Of a stretch of 35,225 bases of DNA, positions 19,477 to 29,459 are shown piece after piece. Below the pieces are notes generated by a model. It searched no databases, was not told the origin of the DNA, and worked only from the letters and a program-made list of their open reading frames with translations. This DNA comes from Trichomonas gallinae. Lineage: Eukaryota. Each line of letters starts with the position of its first letter. Positions within the stretch are counted from its first letter, which is position 1. The stretch spans positions 1 through 35,225 of the forward strand of contig MRSU01004908.1 in assembly GCA_008369845.1 (NCBI GenBank). The letters run 5' to 3'. The translations under genes and the position numbers were made by a program.

Positions 19477-21543
19477 ATGCTACAGGAAGGGGTGAATCCT
19501 ACTGGCGAAAATAATTCCTGCAGTAATGGAAAACTGGATAAGGATCAGCTTCCTTCTCTAGCTAAGCCAGAAAATGAAGAACAAAATAATAAATCAGTGA
19601 CAAATACGCCACTAAGTCCAGGTACTCGATCTAGATCACTCAGTAACTTCTTTACGCATGAAATGCCACCTTTAGCACCAATACCTCCAATAACTCCTTC
19701 ATTATTTCCCAGAAAGTCTCAACAGCAACGAAAAGAATCGATTAAAGTAAAAGAATTAGTAAATAAGCAGCAAAAGAGTCAAAGTTCGCAGAATTCGGAT
19801 AACGAATCCAACAAAAGCATCGAATTAAAAATTACTCCGCCATGTCCACCACCATTTAACTCGGATGTGATGCATCCTAAAGTCCGCAGATTCAGAGGAG
19901 TTAAAAATGAATCTTCATCTTCAGATGGTGAAAATAAGCCTTTAAGGAAAGCAGAAACAAGCGATAATACTGATAACCAAGAAATTCCAAAACCGAATTT
20001 AATTCAAACTCAAGATAATGAAAAATTCTTATCAAATAATAAAGAAATCAGCAACAAGAATGACATTTTTGAGTCACCTGAAATACAAAAAGATCAAGAA
20101 AATGCAAAAGAATCTGATAATTCCAACCAAAATTTGATTTCAAATAATATTTCGTCAAATAATTCAAATTCTGATTCATCTGCATCACTTCAAGTTACAA
20201 TTAGCAAAAAGGAATCATTACCAAGTCTAATAATTGATTCAAGCTCATCATATGAAATTATAAAAGATTTTTCACCAAAACCGCCTCCAGATGGATCCAG
20301 TTCATCAGACAGCGATTCATTTATAGACAGGCTGACGAAATCACCACCAAAAAGAAAGAATAGGACAAAAGTGAAAAAGAAAAATTCAAATCCTGAAATA
20401 GAGAATCATGAAAAGAAAAAATTGAAGCCATCTGGCAGTAAATCACCTATATCAGAAGAAGAGCACAAAACGGAAGATCTTCTTGCGAGAATTTCGATTT
20501 TGGAGGCACAACTTGAGAAACAAAAATCATCTGAGCTTATTACTAAGCTAGAAACGTTTATTGAGGAGCTAAAGATAGAAAACAAGAATTTGCAAAACGA
20601 AAATAATGGATTAAGAAGAAGTTTAATGAAAAGTCGCAGAAAAGTTGAAGATTTAGTCTCAAACACGCCATCTTTAAATGTTGAGCTCAGAAGACGAATA
20701 CTTTGTGAAGAAAAGCTAGATGAAGCATTCATGACTATAACAGAACTGAAAAAAATCTTAGATTCAAAAGATAAAGAAATATCTTCACTGAAAACAATAA
20801 TTTCTCAAAATAAAGAGCCCAAAACTAAGTCAATACAACAGAAAAGCAATTCTAAACCAAAAGCTCAGTCAGAAGTTCAAATTTCAAAACCAGCTGAAAA
20901 TTCTGAAGATATTATTAATAAGAAGATAGAAAATTCAGCTGAGTTCAACTTGTTGGATATAATAGATCAAAATGAGATAAACAACGACCTCAAAACTCTA
21001 ATTTCCAAGAATATTGAACATTATTCTAGTGATTATGCGAGCGATGACTCATATTCTTATAGCGACTCTGAAGATGAATCAGTTGACTCTGATACTGCAG
21101 CATTAATTGAACAATTCGCACAAGAGAGAGAAAATCTTACATATTTAATAGAAAGTGAAAGAAAACGCAGAATCCTATTAAGAAGGAAAGTAGATGAACT
21201 CACAGAACTCCTCAATTCAGCTGACAACGCCGAAAGTGACAGAAGAAGCGCAGAAAGAAGACTTGCGCAAACTCACGAAAGATTATCTAACTTAGAGCAG
21301 CAGAATAAGAGGCTGATGAAGGAAATAGACTGCTTGAGACAATATGTTGCGAGCAAATCCTCTCTTTCTGTTACTTCTGAGTCAATTAAACTGAAAAACG
21401 AAGTTTTGAAATTAAAACTCGAAAACAGAAAACTCAAGGCTAAAAAGCCTATTTATGTCACTCAAGTGAAATTTAAACCAGCAGAAAGAAGAGAACATGA
21501 AGAAACTGAACTCAAAGAGAAAATAATTCCTTCAGTGGAATAA
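19477..21543 (+). CDS. Hypothetical protein, 688 aa: S/N/P-rich disordered N-half and two coiled-coil blocks
   Basis: Long ORF with low-complexity Ser/Asn/Pro segments, a basic NLS-like PPKRKNRTKVKKK, and heptad-rich regions at about aa 335-445 and 545-655. Confidence 0.85.
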   Translation: MLQEGVNPTGENNSCSNGKLDKDQLPSLAKPENEEQNNKSVTNTPLSPGTRSRSLSNFFTHEMPPLAPIPPITPSLFPRKSQQQRKESIKVKELVNKQQKSQSSQNSDNESNKSIELKITPPCPPPFNSDVMHPKVRRFRGVKNESSSSDGENKPLRKAETSDNTDNQEIPKPNLIQTQDNEKFLSNNKEISNKNDIFESPEIQKDQENAKESDNSNQNLISNNISSNNSNSDSSASLQVTISKKESLPSLIIDSSSSYEIIKDFSPKPPPDGSSSSDSDSFIDRLTKSPPKRKNRTKVKKKNSNPEIENHEKKKLKPSGSKSPISEEEHKTEDLLARISILEAQLEKQKSSELITKLETFIEELKIENKNLQNENNGLRRSLMKSRRKVEDLVSNTPSLNVELRRRILCEEKLDEAFMTITELKKILDSKDKEISSLKTIISQNKEPKTKSIQQKSNSKPKAQSEVQISKPAENSEDIINKKIENSAEFNLLDIIDQNEINNDLKTLISKNIEHYSSDYASDDSYSYSDSEDESVDSDTAALIEQFAQERENLTYLIESERKRRILLRRKVDELTELLNSADNAESDRRSAERRLAQTHERLSNLEQQNKRLMKEIDCLRQYVASKSSLSVTSESIKLKNEVLKLKLENRKLKAKKPIYVTQVKFKPAERREHEETELKEKIIPSVE

Positions 21544-21667
21544 TTTAGATATATATATATTATATTTTGTTTGTAATAAATAATACACATGTTATATTAA
21601 CAATACATCACATCTTTAAAACAAGCTACATATCATAGACTAGAAATTCAATAACTTGAAGTCAATA

Positions 21668-21908
21668 AAGCTTTGGTTTATGCTTCAATTTATGATCATC
21701 AATGGATTTTCAAAATTCTTCTCACTTCAAAGACAATAGCAACAAGGCAGCTTTGATTTTTGCTTCAATTTATGAACACCATGAAATTTTCAAAATTTTT
21801 CATACCTCAAAGGCAATAACAACAATATATTTTTGATTTATGCCTCAATTAATCAACATCATGAGACTGTCATAAATATTATCGCACTATATTAAATAGA
21901 TGTCAACA
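21668..21908 (+). pseudogene. Ankyrin-derived, out-of-frame ~80-bp tandem repeat (3 units)
   Basis: Units begin at ~21670, 21750 and 21830 (gctttgrtttwtgcttcaatttatga..catgaaattttcaaaatt). They resemble the 102-bp ankyrin unit but lack the VPGIDVN-coding segment. The region ends in atagatgtcaac (IDVN). Confidence 0.75.
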
Positions 21909-22138
21909 GCTACCTCATCAATCCTAATCCCCAGTCAACTGAAATTTATATGAGATTGAAAAATGTAACTCTCTCCTATATAAGTTGTTTGAAATGAAAT
22001 ATGACTCATTATGATATAGCATATTGTTGCACATTCTGCAAACAATAAAATCAATATAAATTTTATTCCTTTTGATATCCTATCATGTCAAAAAAATATA
22101 TATTTTAGTGAAACAAACAAAAAAATAAACAAAATAAA

Positions 22139-23584
22139 TCACTCTTCTTGTACTAAACCATGTGAAACAGCGAGAACATTTGCAAAATGGTTGTATCCTG
22201 ACTCTCTTTCTAACTGAGAAACTTCAATTCCGTTGATTACATTTATTGATGGCATTATATAGGCAATGAATGGTCTGAACAGTTTCATTTTTGCTGCTAA
22301 ATTTCCATCAATGCTAAGAATTGAAACTGTATCGAAGAATCTGAGAAACAGCAGATCTTTGAATGTATTCAGCAAATTATGATTCAGAGTCATCATTACG
22401 GGCTGCTGCTTGCTAAGCTCAATAACATTTACTAGATTTGTTGACCCGTGCTGAAGCGGAGTATAAATCATTGTAAGCGCTCTGAAAGGCCTGATTGAGT
22501 ACTCATTCGTAGTCAGCGGGCCGTAAATAGTAAGGACTTTGTTTTTATCGATGTTTATGTACGATTTTATTGTCCTACTCTGATATTCTACGGTGCGATA
22601 TCTCTGATTCTTTTCTCTCGAGCGCGCGAGCCAAATTGCAACGATATCTTGTGGTGTTTCTTCTTGTTGAACAGTGGTAGACTTAACCTGTCTGAATTGC
22701 GTGCGAATTTCTGAAATTAGCGGATATGGATTAAATTGTTGCGCTTTAACAGTGCGCGCGAACCTATCGTTGTGGATTGCTCTTTCTCCTTCTGTGATAT
22801 TGCGTTTATTGATAGAAACAATGGACTTTATATTAGAAACAACATAAGATTCCCAATATTTTTCCAGATTGTTTCCGCTGGCCGAAAAGTGTTGTAAGTT
22901 TGGTATATTATCGACAAATTGTATAGATTCGAGGTGATTATTGGAAACATCCAATCTTATTAATGAAGGAGCTTCAATAACGTAAAATTCTACTAATTCA
23001 TTGTTTTGCATAGAAATTTCTACTAGAGTTTTGGATGATATGGTGAATTCTCTCAGTTGGTTAAACGAGAGATTAAGAGTAACAAGATTTGGGCAAATTT
23101 CAGTATTAAATTCTGCAATTTTGTTTTGGCTGAGATTTAAAATCTGTAAGTTAGAAAGTATGCATGTGGATGCGAGTTCTGTTATAGCATTTGATGCTAA
23201 AATTAAAGCTTTAAGATTTGGTGGTGGATCAAGTTGAGCAACTTCCATGATATTATATGAAACATCTATTATTTCCAATGTCTCGTGCTTTTCAATAGGA
23301 ACTAAGCTTTTAATTGAGTTCTTGGATATAAACAATGCTTTAACGCCAACAGGGACAATTGGAATCATGTTCAGACCCTTCCCTACAAGTTGTAATACCT
23401 TTGGTATTCTTTTATCTGGGATATGAATACTAGGAATTCCAGAATCTGCGTAAATCATGCAATTTGTTGGCGTTTGAATCGCATAAACAATAGAATTATC
23501 CTGCCCTGATATATCATCCATCAAAAATGGATTGTCTTCAATCGCATATTTTTGTCCAAAGGGAGAAGGCTTAAAAGTTTTCAT
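22139..23584 (-). CDS. Leucine-rich-repeat protein (SDS22-like LRRs with LRRcap-like motifs)
   Basis: Repeats LxxLxLSxNxI (LQILNLSQNKI, LVTLNLSFNQL, LIRLDVSNNHL). Two LRRcap-like ends: YVVSNIKSIVSINKRNITEGER and FIAYIMPSINVINGIEVSQLER. Confidence 0.9.
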   Translation of the reverse strand: MKTFKPSPFGQKYAIEDNPFLMDDISGQDNSIVYAIQTPTNCMIYADSGIPSIHIPDKRIPKVLQLVGKGLNMIPIVPVGVKALFISKNSIKSLVPIEKHETLEIIDVSYNIMEVAQLDPPPNLKALILASNAITELASTCILSNLQILNLSQNKIAEFNTEICPNLVTLNLSFNQLREFTISSKTLVEISMQNNELVEFYVIEAPSLIRLDVSNNHLESIQFVDNIPNLQHFSASGNNLEKYWESYVVSNIKSIVSINKRNITEGERAIHNDRFARTVKAQQFNPYPLISEIRTQFRQVKSTTVQQEETPQDIVAIWLARSREKNQRYRTVEYQSRTIKSYINIDKNKVLTIYGPLTTNEYSIRPFRALTMIYTPLQHGSTNLVNVIELSKQQPVMMTLNHNLLNTFKDLLFLRFFDTVSILSIDGNLAAKMKLFRPFIAYIMPSINVINGIEVSQLERESGYNHFANVLAVSHGLVQEE

Positions 23585-23637
23585 AAACTACGTTTTTTAA
23601 AAAAAATTGTCACTTTTTATTGTAATTTTACAAAACA

Positions 23638-23725
23638 TTTACATGTCAAAAATAAAATATTTTGAAATGTAAGTTATTTACATGTCAAAATAAAATGTTT
23701 TGTAATATAAACTATTTACGTGTCA
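23638..23725 (-). repeat. ~39-bp tandem repeat carrying TTTTGACATGTAAA, upstream of the LRR gene
   Basis: tttacatgtcaaaa at 23638 and 23677, tttacgtgtca at 23715. AAAAGTGACA (minus strand) at 23617-23608. Confidence 0.75.
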
Positions 23726-23729
23726 TGAA

Positions 23730-23850
23730 AATTCCTACGCAGCAAATTAGTTGGTAAAACTATAATGCACCAATGTGAATCATATGGTAAAGCTATAATT
23801 TAACCAAAATCGAGGAAGAATTATATAAAACATCCAAAAGATTATCTCAT
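23730..23850 (+). repeat. Dispersed direct repeat, copy 1 (~120 bp)
   Basis: Shares the colinear blocks cagcaaa, tagttggt, tgcac, atgtgaatcata, aacatccaa and agattatctcat with 25839-25959. Confidence 0.7.
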
Positions 23851-23987
23851 CAGTGATAAATCTCTTGGAACAATAAACAAATCTGTAGTTGAAGTCGATT
23901 GAAGTTTAAGATGAATCAAGTTTGTAATTGAAGTCGATTTTCTAAATTGAATATCTCTATAAAAATCTTTATTTATCTAAATAAAAA

Positions 23988-25529
23988 TCAAACAATCTTT
24001 TGCTGGCTGAATGACCATGAAAGAACAATAAACGTCGATAGAAAAGATGCTGTGCTTCCAATGCCAAAAATAGCAACACCTGCCAAATAAGAAGCATATC
24101 CAAAGTAGAGATAGGAAGAAAAGCCAGAAACTTGAGGGCAAATATACAACAGACAAATAGCAGACACTACAACAGAAGCAACAATGCCTCTTCCAAATAT
24201 TACGCCCATCCATGGCAAATTATGTCTCCTTATATATAAGCTTGAAGTGAAAATTCCGAATAAACCAGAAACACTTGCAACGGATAGAATTCCTGATACA
24301 ATGTAAATAGGGCTCAACTCCTGTGTGTGTATTGCTGCATCTATGAGGTACTTCAAGCAGGGAAAAGATGCGTAAGAAACAGCAAAAATATAGCCAGCGT
24401 CCAAGGCATACTTCCATGAAGGCGTTGGAGCCTGCTTCTCTTTAATTTCGCCGCGCTCCATGTCCGCTGTATACTTAAGCCTGACTATTAGTCCAGAGTT
24501 CCATGTTCCTGCAATAACAACTAAAGAAGTCAGAGAAACAACAAAAATCCACACAACTGTCTGGAAAAGTGATAAACCTCTGTTTCCACCAGCAATTAAG
24601 GTAATTAAGTGGAATGGAACATAAATTCCGGTCATAATAAATGCGAAGAATCTATATATGTTGACTTCCACGCCAATAAATTGAGATAAAATTCCTGATA
24701 TGAAAACTGGAATGACAAAAGAGACAATGAATGTCTGGTTGAAGAAGTCAGCTATTGCACGTGTTGATGTGCGTCCTACAAAGCTGAAGAAGAACCAGGC
24801 AATGATATAAATTCCAATTGCAACAGAAATGATTGTACGACTTGTATTCTTGGGCAATCTCCATATTTCTTTCTGTGGAATTGAAATATTATGCTTGAGT
24901 CTAAATATTTGATAAATTATTGTTAAAATTAAAATAATAAAAGCTGCTAAGCTGATAAAGAAGTATTTCATTTCGCTTGACAGAGATCGTGACTTGATGG
25001 CTGGTATAAGAGGCAAGAAATTGAAGAAAAAGCTGATATTTCGATTGGCCAATGATTCAATTGTGTCTATTTTGGTTGGAACAACTTGAAACATGAAGTT
25101 CTGGCATCTGTATGGGTTTTCGAATATATTTACTGTGAAATGATAGTACATTTGTGTAGAATGTGTTTTAGCCGGGAATAAAGCAACAGATGTCTTTTTT
25201 CCATCAACATAGAAGTCAATGAAAGCGCCTTTATCCCGTAAACTGTTGTATATCGCGATATCATCATTTGTGATATTTATTGGTTGGCGATCAACGTGTA
25301 AATTGTAGTTAATTTCGCCTACTGCTTCCGAAAAGTTTAGCAATGATCTTGTTTCGAATACTGAATAATGATTTATTTGTTCTCCAGAATATTTATATGT
25401 GAAACCTGGAAGCGGCATCGCCAAAAAAGGCTGCTCCAGTGTTCCAGCACCACTAATGGAGTAATTCCTGTCGCAGTGAAGAACTCCATCTGTACCAGAT
25501 TTGCCAAAACAAACGAAAAACAAAAACAT
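23988..25529 (-). CDS. Divergent TM9SF/nonaspanin (EMP70) family protein
   Basis: Short signal peptide, ~185-aa luminal domain and nine predicted TM segments. 'EIWRLP' corresponds to DVFR.P, 'LPWMGVIFGRG' to WWW.SF..G, and the C-terminus YLYFGYASYLAGVAIFGIGSTASFLSTF..KIV resembles the TM9SF tail. Confidence 0.7.
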   Translation of the reverse strand: MFLFFVCFGKSGTDGVLHCDRNYSISGAGTLEQPFLAMPLPGFTYKYSGEQINHYSVFETRSLLNFSEAVGEINYNLHVDRQPINITNDDIAIYNSLRDKGAFIDFYVDGKKTSVALFPAKTHSTQMYYHFTVNIFENPYRCQNFMFQVVPTKIDTIESLANRNISFFFNFLPLIPAIKSRSLSSEMKYFFISLAAFIILILTIIYQIFRLKHNISIPQKEIWRLPKNTSRTIISVAIGIYIIAWFFFSFVGRTSTRAIADFFNQTFIVSFVIPVFISGILSQFIGVEVNIYRFFAFIMTGIYVPFHLITLIAGGNRGLSLFQTVVWIFVVSLTSLVVIAGTWNSGLIVRLKYTADMERGEIKEKQAPTPSWKYALDAGYIFAVSYASFPCLKYLIDAAIHTQELSPIYIVSGILSVASVSGLFGIFTSSLYIRRHNLPWMGVIFGRGIVASVVVSAICLLYICPQVSGFSSYLYFGYASYLAGVAIFGIGSTASFLSTFIVLSWSFSQQKIV

Positions 25530-25838
25530 TAATAGAAAATATCAGAATTTTAGATTTAAACATAGATTCGAGTCAAGATATATATTGAACATAGACCCAA
25601 CTATTCACAACAAGAGTAGAGATCTTCAAGCATTATCTCAATGTGTGTTGACGATGCCAATAAATTTGACTCAAATTAATCTACATCCGTGAGTATTTTT
25701 TACTTATAATCCACATACAACAACTCTGTGTATGTAGCTCTATCTTATATCATAATTGCATGATATAACATCATCAACAAACAGAGATTTCAATATGTCA
25801 ATTTTTGGGGATTCTCTACATCATAAAAATTAGTTCCA

Positions 25839-25959
25839 ATTTCATACACAGCAAAGATAGTTGGTGACTAATAGTGCACATATGTGAATCATAAGGGAAA
25901 GAATTAATCAAACGAAAATTGAGAAAAAAGTAATTATAACATCCAAGAGATTATCTCAT
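25839..25959 (+). repeat. Dispersed direct repeat, copy 2 (~120 bp)
   Basis: Colinear diverged match to 23730-23850. Confidence 0.7.
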
Positions 25960-26177
25960 TAAAAAATCAATGTCGGATAAATATCAACAAAAATGATTGA
26001 ACTAATTATAATTCATTTGATAAATGTATTATTCATGTTGATGCATCGCGTATTTTTTGCGATATTGAGTGGATTGCGCAATAAACCTTCATTAGAACCA
26101 TGAAATATCAATTATTGTTTGTTTTTAAAAAACTGATTTAAAATAACAATAAAGTTTAAATAAAAAAAATACAAAAC

Positions 26178-27923
26178 TTAGAATTGATCTGATTCCTCTT
26201 GGTCTTCGATAACTACAGGCAGCGGTGCTGGATCGCAGAAAACAATGATAGGCATCCTGCTTCCGAAAGAAGAAAATGCGACCATGTTTTCGACTCTGTT
26301 CCACGCGACAGCTGTGACTGGGGCTGTGAACTGGAAGTTCCACTCGGCTGTCGGCACGAGGTCAGCCTTTCTAACAGTCCAGCACTTGGCTGTTCCGTCT
26401 TCGGAGCCGGCCAAAATGTACTGGCAGTCCGGCGAGAAAACAGCAGGAAGGATGAACTTGTTGCAGACGATTCCAGAATATCTCTGTGAGGGAACCATAA
26501 CCTTCGTCTCGAACACTCTGAGCATTGAGTCCTTCGTGTAAACGAGCAGTGAGAAGTTGGACCTTTCCATTGATAATCTCACGATGCTGACGCCTTTGAT
26601 TTCATCCTCTTTGACGACACTTTTCCTCGAGACGCCATCAGTGCCTTCGACTGAGACATCTGTATTAAACACAGTGATGATACCATTGGAGTCACCAGCG
26701 TACATGACTTTGCCATCTGGACTGAACACGAGGCTGTTGACTGTACCGACGTTTCCTCTCAGTTCGGCTGTGCAAGAGTTCTTCGTTCGGTCCCACAACC
26801 TTACTATGGAATCTCGTCCGCCTGTCGCCACCAGCCTTGAGTCTCCTGGATGGAACTTGGCCGTGTAAACATTGCAAGGATGAGCTAATGTGTTCACTGG
26901 CTGCTTGTTGAGTCCGCTTGAGTGCCAGACTTTGACATCTCCGTCCGCTGAAGCTGACATCAAATATTTATCGTCAGCAGAAAAAGTCAACTCGTATATG
27001 ATATCTTGGTGCGCGTTCTTGATGATTGCGAGCGAATTCTCGAAATCGTAGACATTGAAGAACTGTATGGAATATGTGGAACCTGTCTTGATAGCTGCAA
27101 CAAGAATGTCGCCGTTGTTGTTGAAACAAAGAGCGTGAGCGCCATTTTCGCCGACAGGAAATTGCGCCTTGAGCAATCTCGGGATCTTGCAGTTCTTGTT
27201 CGCTGGGCGGACGACAGTTGGTTGTTCGGTCTCTGCCTTCTCGATTTCTTCTTGTTCTGTCTCTTCGTGATAAACGAGAGTGGAAATATCTTCGGCGCCA
27301 ATTTCGCGATGGAAAAAGTGCTTAGGTCTGCCTGTGACGTCGTAGAGCTCGTGAGTCTCGCTTGTCTTGATTTCTATGCTCAAGTATGCGAGGAATTTCT
27401 TGCTCTTGTCGAGCAATGTTGACACTGGGACGTGAAGTCCTTTTAATTGCGGATTAAAGTTCTTTGGATAGTAATGGAGGTGTAATTTGCAAGGATGATC
27501 GATATTATATGTTCCATTTGATGCCAGTGGCTTCAAAAATGCCCAGGCGATTGCTGTATGATGATGTTTTTCTTGTGGTACGTCTAAATCGATAATTTCG
27601 AAATAAACAACGACATTTTCCTTCAAAATTGTTGAAACCGATTCGTTAAAGATGAAAGAATCATCCCAATATGGTGCTAAGCGTTTAACATTATCAATTG
27701 CAACTGTTTTTGTGCAAACTGGCGAAATATACTCTGTTGTTTCGTATGGTGACATGCATTTGCGTGGTATTTCTTTATCTTCGACTGTTATTTTTGATTT
27801 TTTGATTAAATTTCCCGTGGATTGATCTACAATCGAAACTCTTACAACTACGTGATCTAGGGGTTCATTTGGGTATATATCTGTAGCCCCGACGATGTTA
27901 ATAGTGAAGATCTGGTTTTCCAT
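26178..27923 (-). CDS. AHI1: Jouberin/AHI1-like ciliary transition-zone protein (C2-like domain + WD40, no SH3)
   Basis: Motifs VVVRVSIVDQSTG, APYWDDSFIFNE, IAWAFLKPLASNG..N..KLHLHYYP, HQDIIYELTFS, LAHPCNVYTAKFHP and ILAGSEDG match AHI1 hallmarks. The track start at 28052 is TTG; the first ATG (MENQIF) is at 27923, with AACGGTTT (M3/Myb-like core element) at 27940-27933. Confidence 0.85.
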   Translation of the reverse strand: MENQIFTINIVGATDIYPNEPLDHVVVRVSIVDQSTGNLIKKSKITVEDKEIPRKCMSPYETTEYISPVCTKTVAIDNVKRLAPYWDDSFIFNESVSTILKENVVVYFEIIDLDVPQEKHHHTAIAWAFLKPLASNGTYNIDHPCKLHLHYYPKNFNPQLKGLHVPVSTLLDKSKKFLAYLSIEIKTSETHELYDVTGRPKHFFHREIGAEDISTLVYHEETEQEEIEKAETEQPTVVRPANKNCKIPRLLKAQFPVGENGAHALCFNNNGDILVAAIKTGSTYSIQFFNVYDFENSLAIIKNAHQDIIYELTFSADDKYLMSASADGDVKVWHSSGLNKQPVNTLAHPCNVYTAKFHPGDSRLVATGGRDSIVRLWDRTKNSCTAELRGNVGTVNSLVFSPDGKVMYAGDSNGIITVFNTDVSVEGTDGVSRKSVVKEDEIKGVSIVRLSMERSNFSLLVYTKDSMLRVFETKVMVPSQRYSGIVCNKFILPAVFSPDCQYILAGSEDGTAKCWTVRKADLVPTAEWNFQFTAPVTAVAWNRVENMVAFSSFGSRMPIIVFCDPAPLPVVIEDQEESDQF

Positions 27924-28525
27924 ATTTTTGAAAAACCGTTGATAAATAAAACGAAGTTTGTAAACAAGTTTTAGCAGATATAAACAGGGATTCGTGCACA
28001 AAATACGAATATCTATTAATGAGTTCAAAACAAACAGTTTTTGCAAATTCAAGAATTTTATATTTCATTTTTATACATTCATTGCATTGAGAAATCTTTA
28101 AATGTTTTTAATACTTATTTGTTTTCTTATTAACAAAGGCTAATTTCGATGATTTTAATTCTTGAATAATTTAATTAAATTATTAACCTGGAAATCTTTG
28201 CCTTTTCAATTGTTTTGGTACATACTTCAATTATACTTAAATACAATAATGAATGAAATTATATTTTTCAATAAATTAATTCATCCATTTTAAACTACCA
28301 ATATTTATTCACTACAAAAGATAATAACCTAATTAAGCGTTATATTGGTAAAGTACCATATTAAATATTTTCGAGCTGAATATGATTCAATTGGAGTGCT
28401 AATGTTTTAAAAACATGCATATATTGTAGTATAAATGTCATAAACTGATTGTCAGCATGCATTTATTGTGATGATATTGATAATTATTTTAAAAACTCAG
28501 AAAATTAATTGTTTACTCGCATAAT

Positions 28526-29230
28526 CTACTGAACTATTAGAGTTCTTGTGATGTTATTGGATTTCAAATAATCATTGTCTTCGAGTGCAATTGTAATGTC
28601 ATAGCTTCCTGGATCTGTGTAAGCTGATACTGTCCAATAGATAGCATATGGCTTCCTCTCACTCGTCTTCTTAACATAATCGAAGTATTCCTTTGTTGTA
28701 ATGTAAGATTTGACACTGATATAATCTTCAGTGTCTGGATCGTCGAAACTAACATATTCAAGGAGCTTCTCGCCTGATTTAGCAATCTCCTTCGATAAGC
28801 CAGCCTTGTGTAAGACAGGTGGAGTGTATGACTTGAGAACAATGTCGACTTCTTCTGCTGGCATTTCAGAAACTCCATATTCGTCTCTCGCCCAAACATA
28901 AAGTTTGTGCTTTCCTGGCTTAACTTGTGGAGGGAATGGAATATCGCACTTGAACTTCTCCCATTCATAAATTTCATATGCCTCTGATGCATCTACTTTA
29001 GTGGCTATTAATGTCTTTCCGTTGTCAAATTTGTATTTGATGAAAGTGATTGATTCGTCCATTACTTCTCCTCTAAGAGTAATACTCTCACCAACTATGT
29101 ATTTCCTCTTCATGTTAACGGTGGAAAGATATAGCATTGGATGTCTTGATACTGGTAGTCTAATATCTATGAAAAAAAAATACAGTATGTATCATAGCAT
29201 AATATTTAGTATGTACTGAATGATCAGGGT
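28526..29230 (-). pseudogene. 5'-truncated paralogue of the Bap-like gene (last two Ig-like domains); residual ORF 28526..29137
   Basis: KYKFDNGK, IPFPPQVKPGKHKLYVWARDEYG, PPVLHKAG, YWTV and LKSNNIT align with the C-terminus of 30876..34073. Similarity continues upstream of the ATG (LPVSRHP vs LPITKRP) and then decays with stops/frameshifts. There is no signal peptide. Confidence 0.8.
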
Positions 29231-29459
29231 TGCAACAAATAAGCAATATGCGAATATTTTGAAATATTCGCATTTTGTATTGAAACAATAACATATCTAT
29301 ATATAATGAGTATAATTCTTAGTATAGATTAATGGATTATCCTTTAAGCAAAATGTTCAAATTTGGATCCTATATGAGGAGCTTATGCTACGCGTCCAGA
29401 ACCTATAAATCGAATAGGTATTGTAAATGAATTGGAAAATTTGTATATTATCATTAAAA

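Noticed and set aside
26125..27422. Nested ORFs within the AHI1-like gene, and similar ones inside the kinase, Tup1-like and Bap-like genes
   Set aside because: Same shadow-ORF explanation. The main frames carry all the family motifs.
27924..28052. N-terminal extensions from TTG/GTG starts in the ORF track (also 1710-1721, 8952-9011, 34074-34076)
   Set aside because: Eukaryotic context. The extensions cover promoter-like AT-rich DNA containing core-promoter motifs, so the first ATG was used.
29168..29216. Possible GT...AG intron rescuing the truncated Bap-like copy
   Set aside because: It lacks the trichomonad ACTAAC...CAG branch/acceptor motif, the sequence itself looks like decayed coding homology, and there is no upstream exon.
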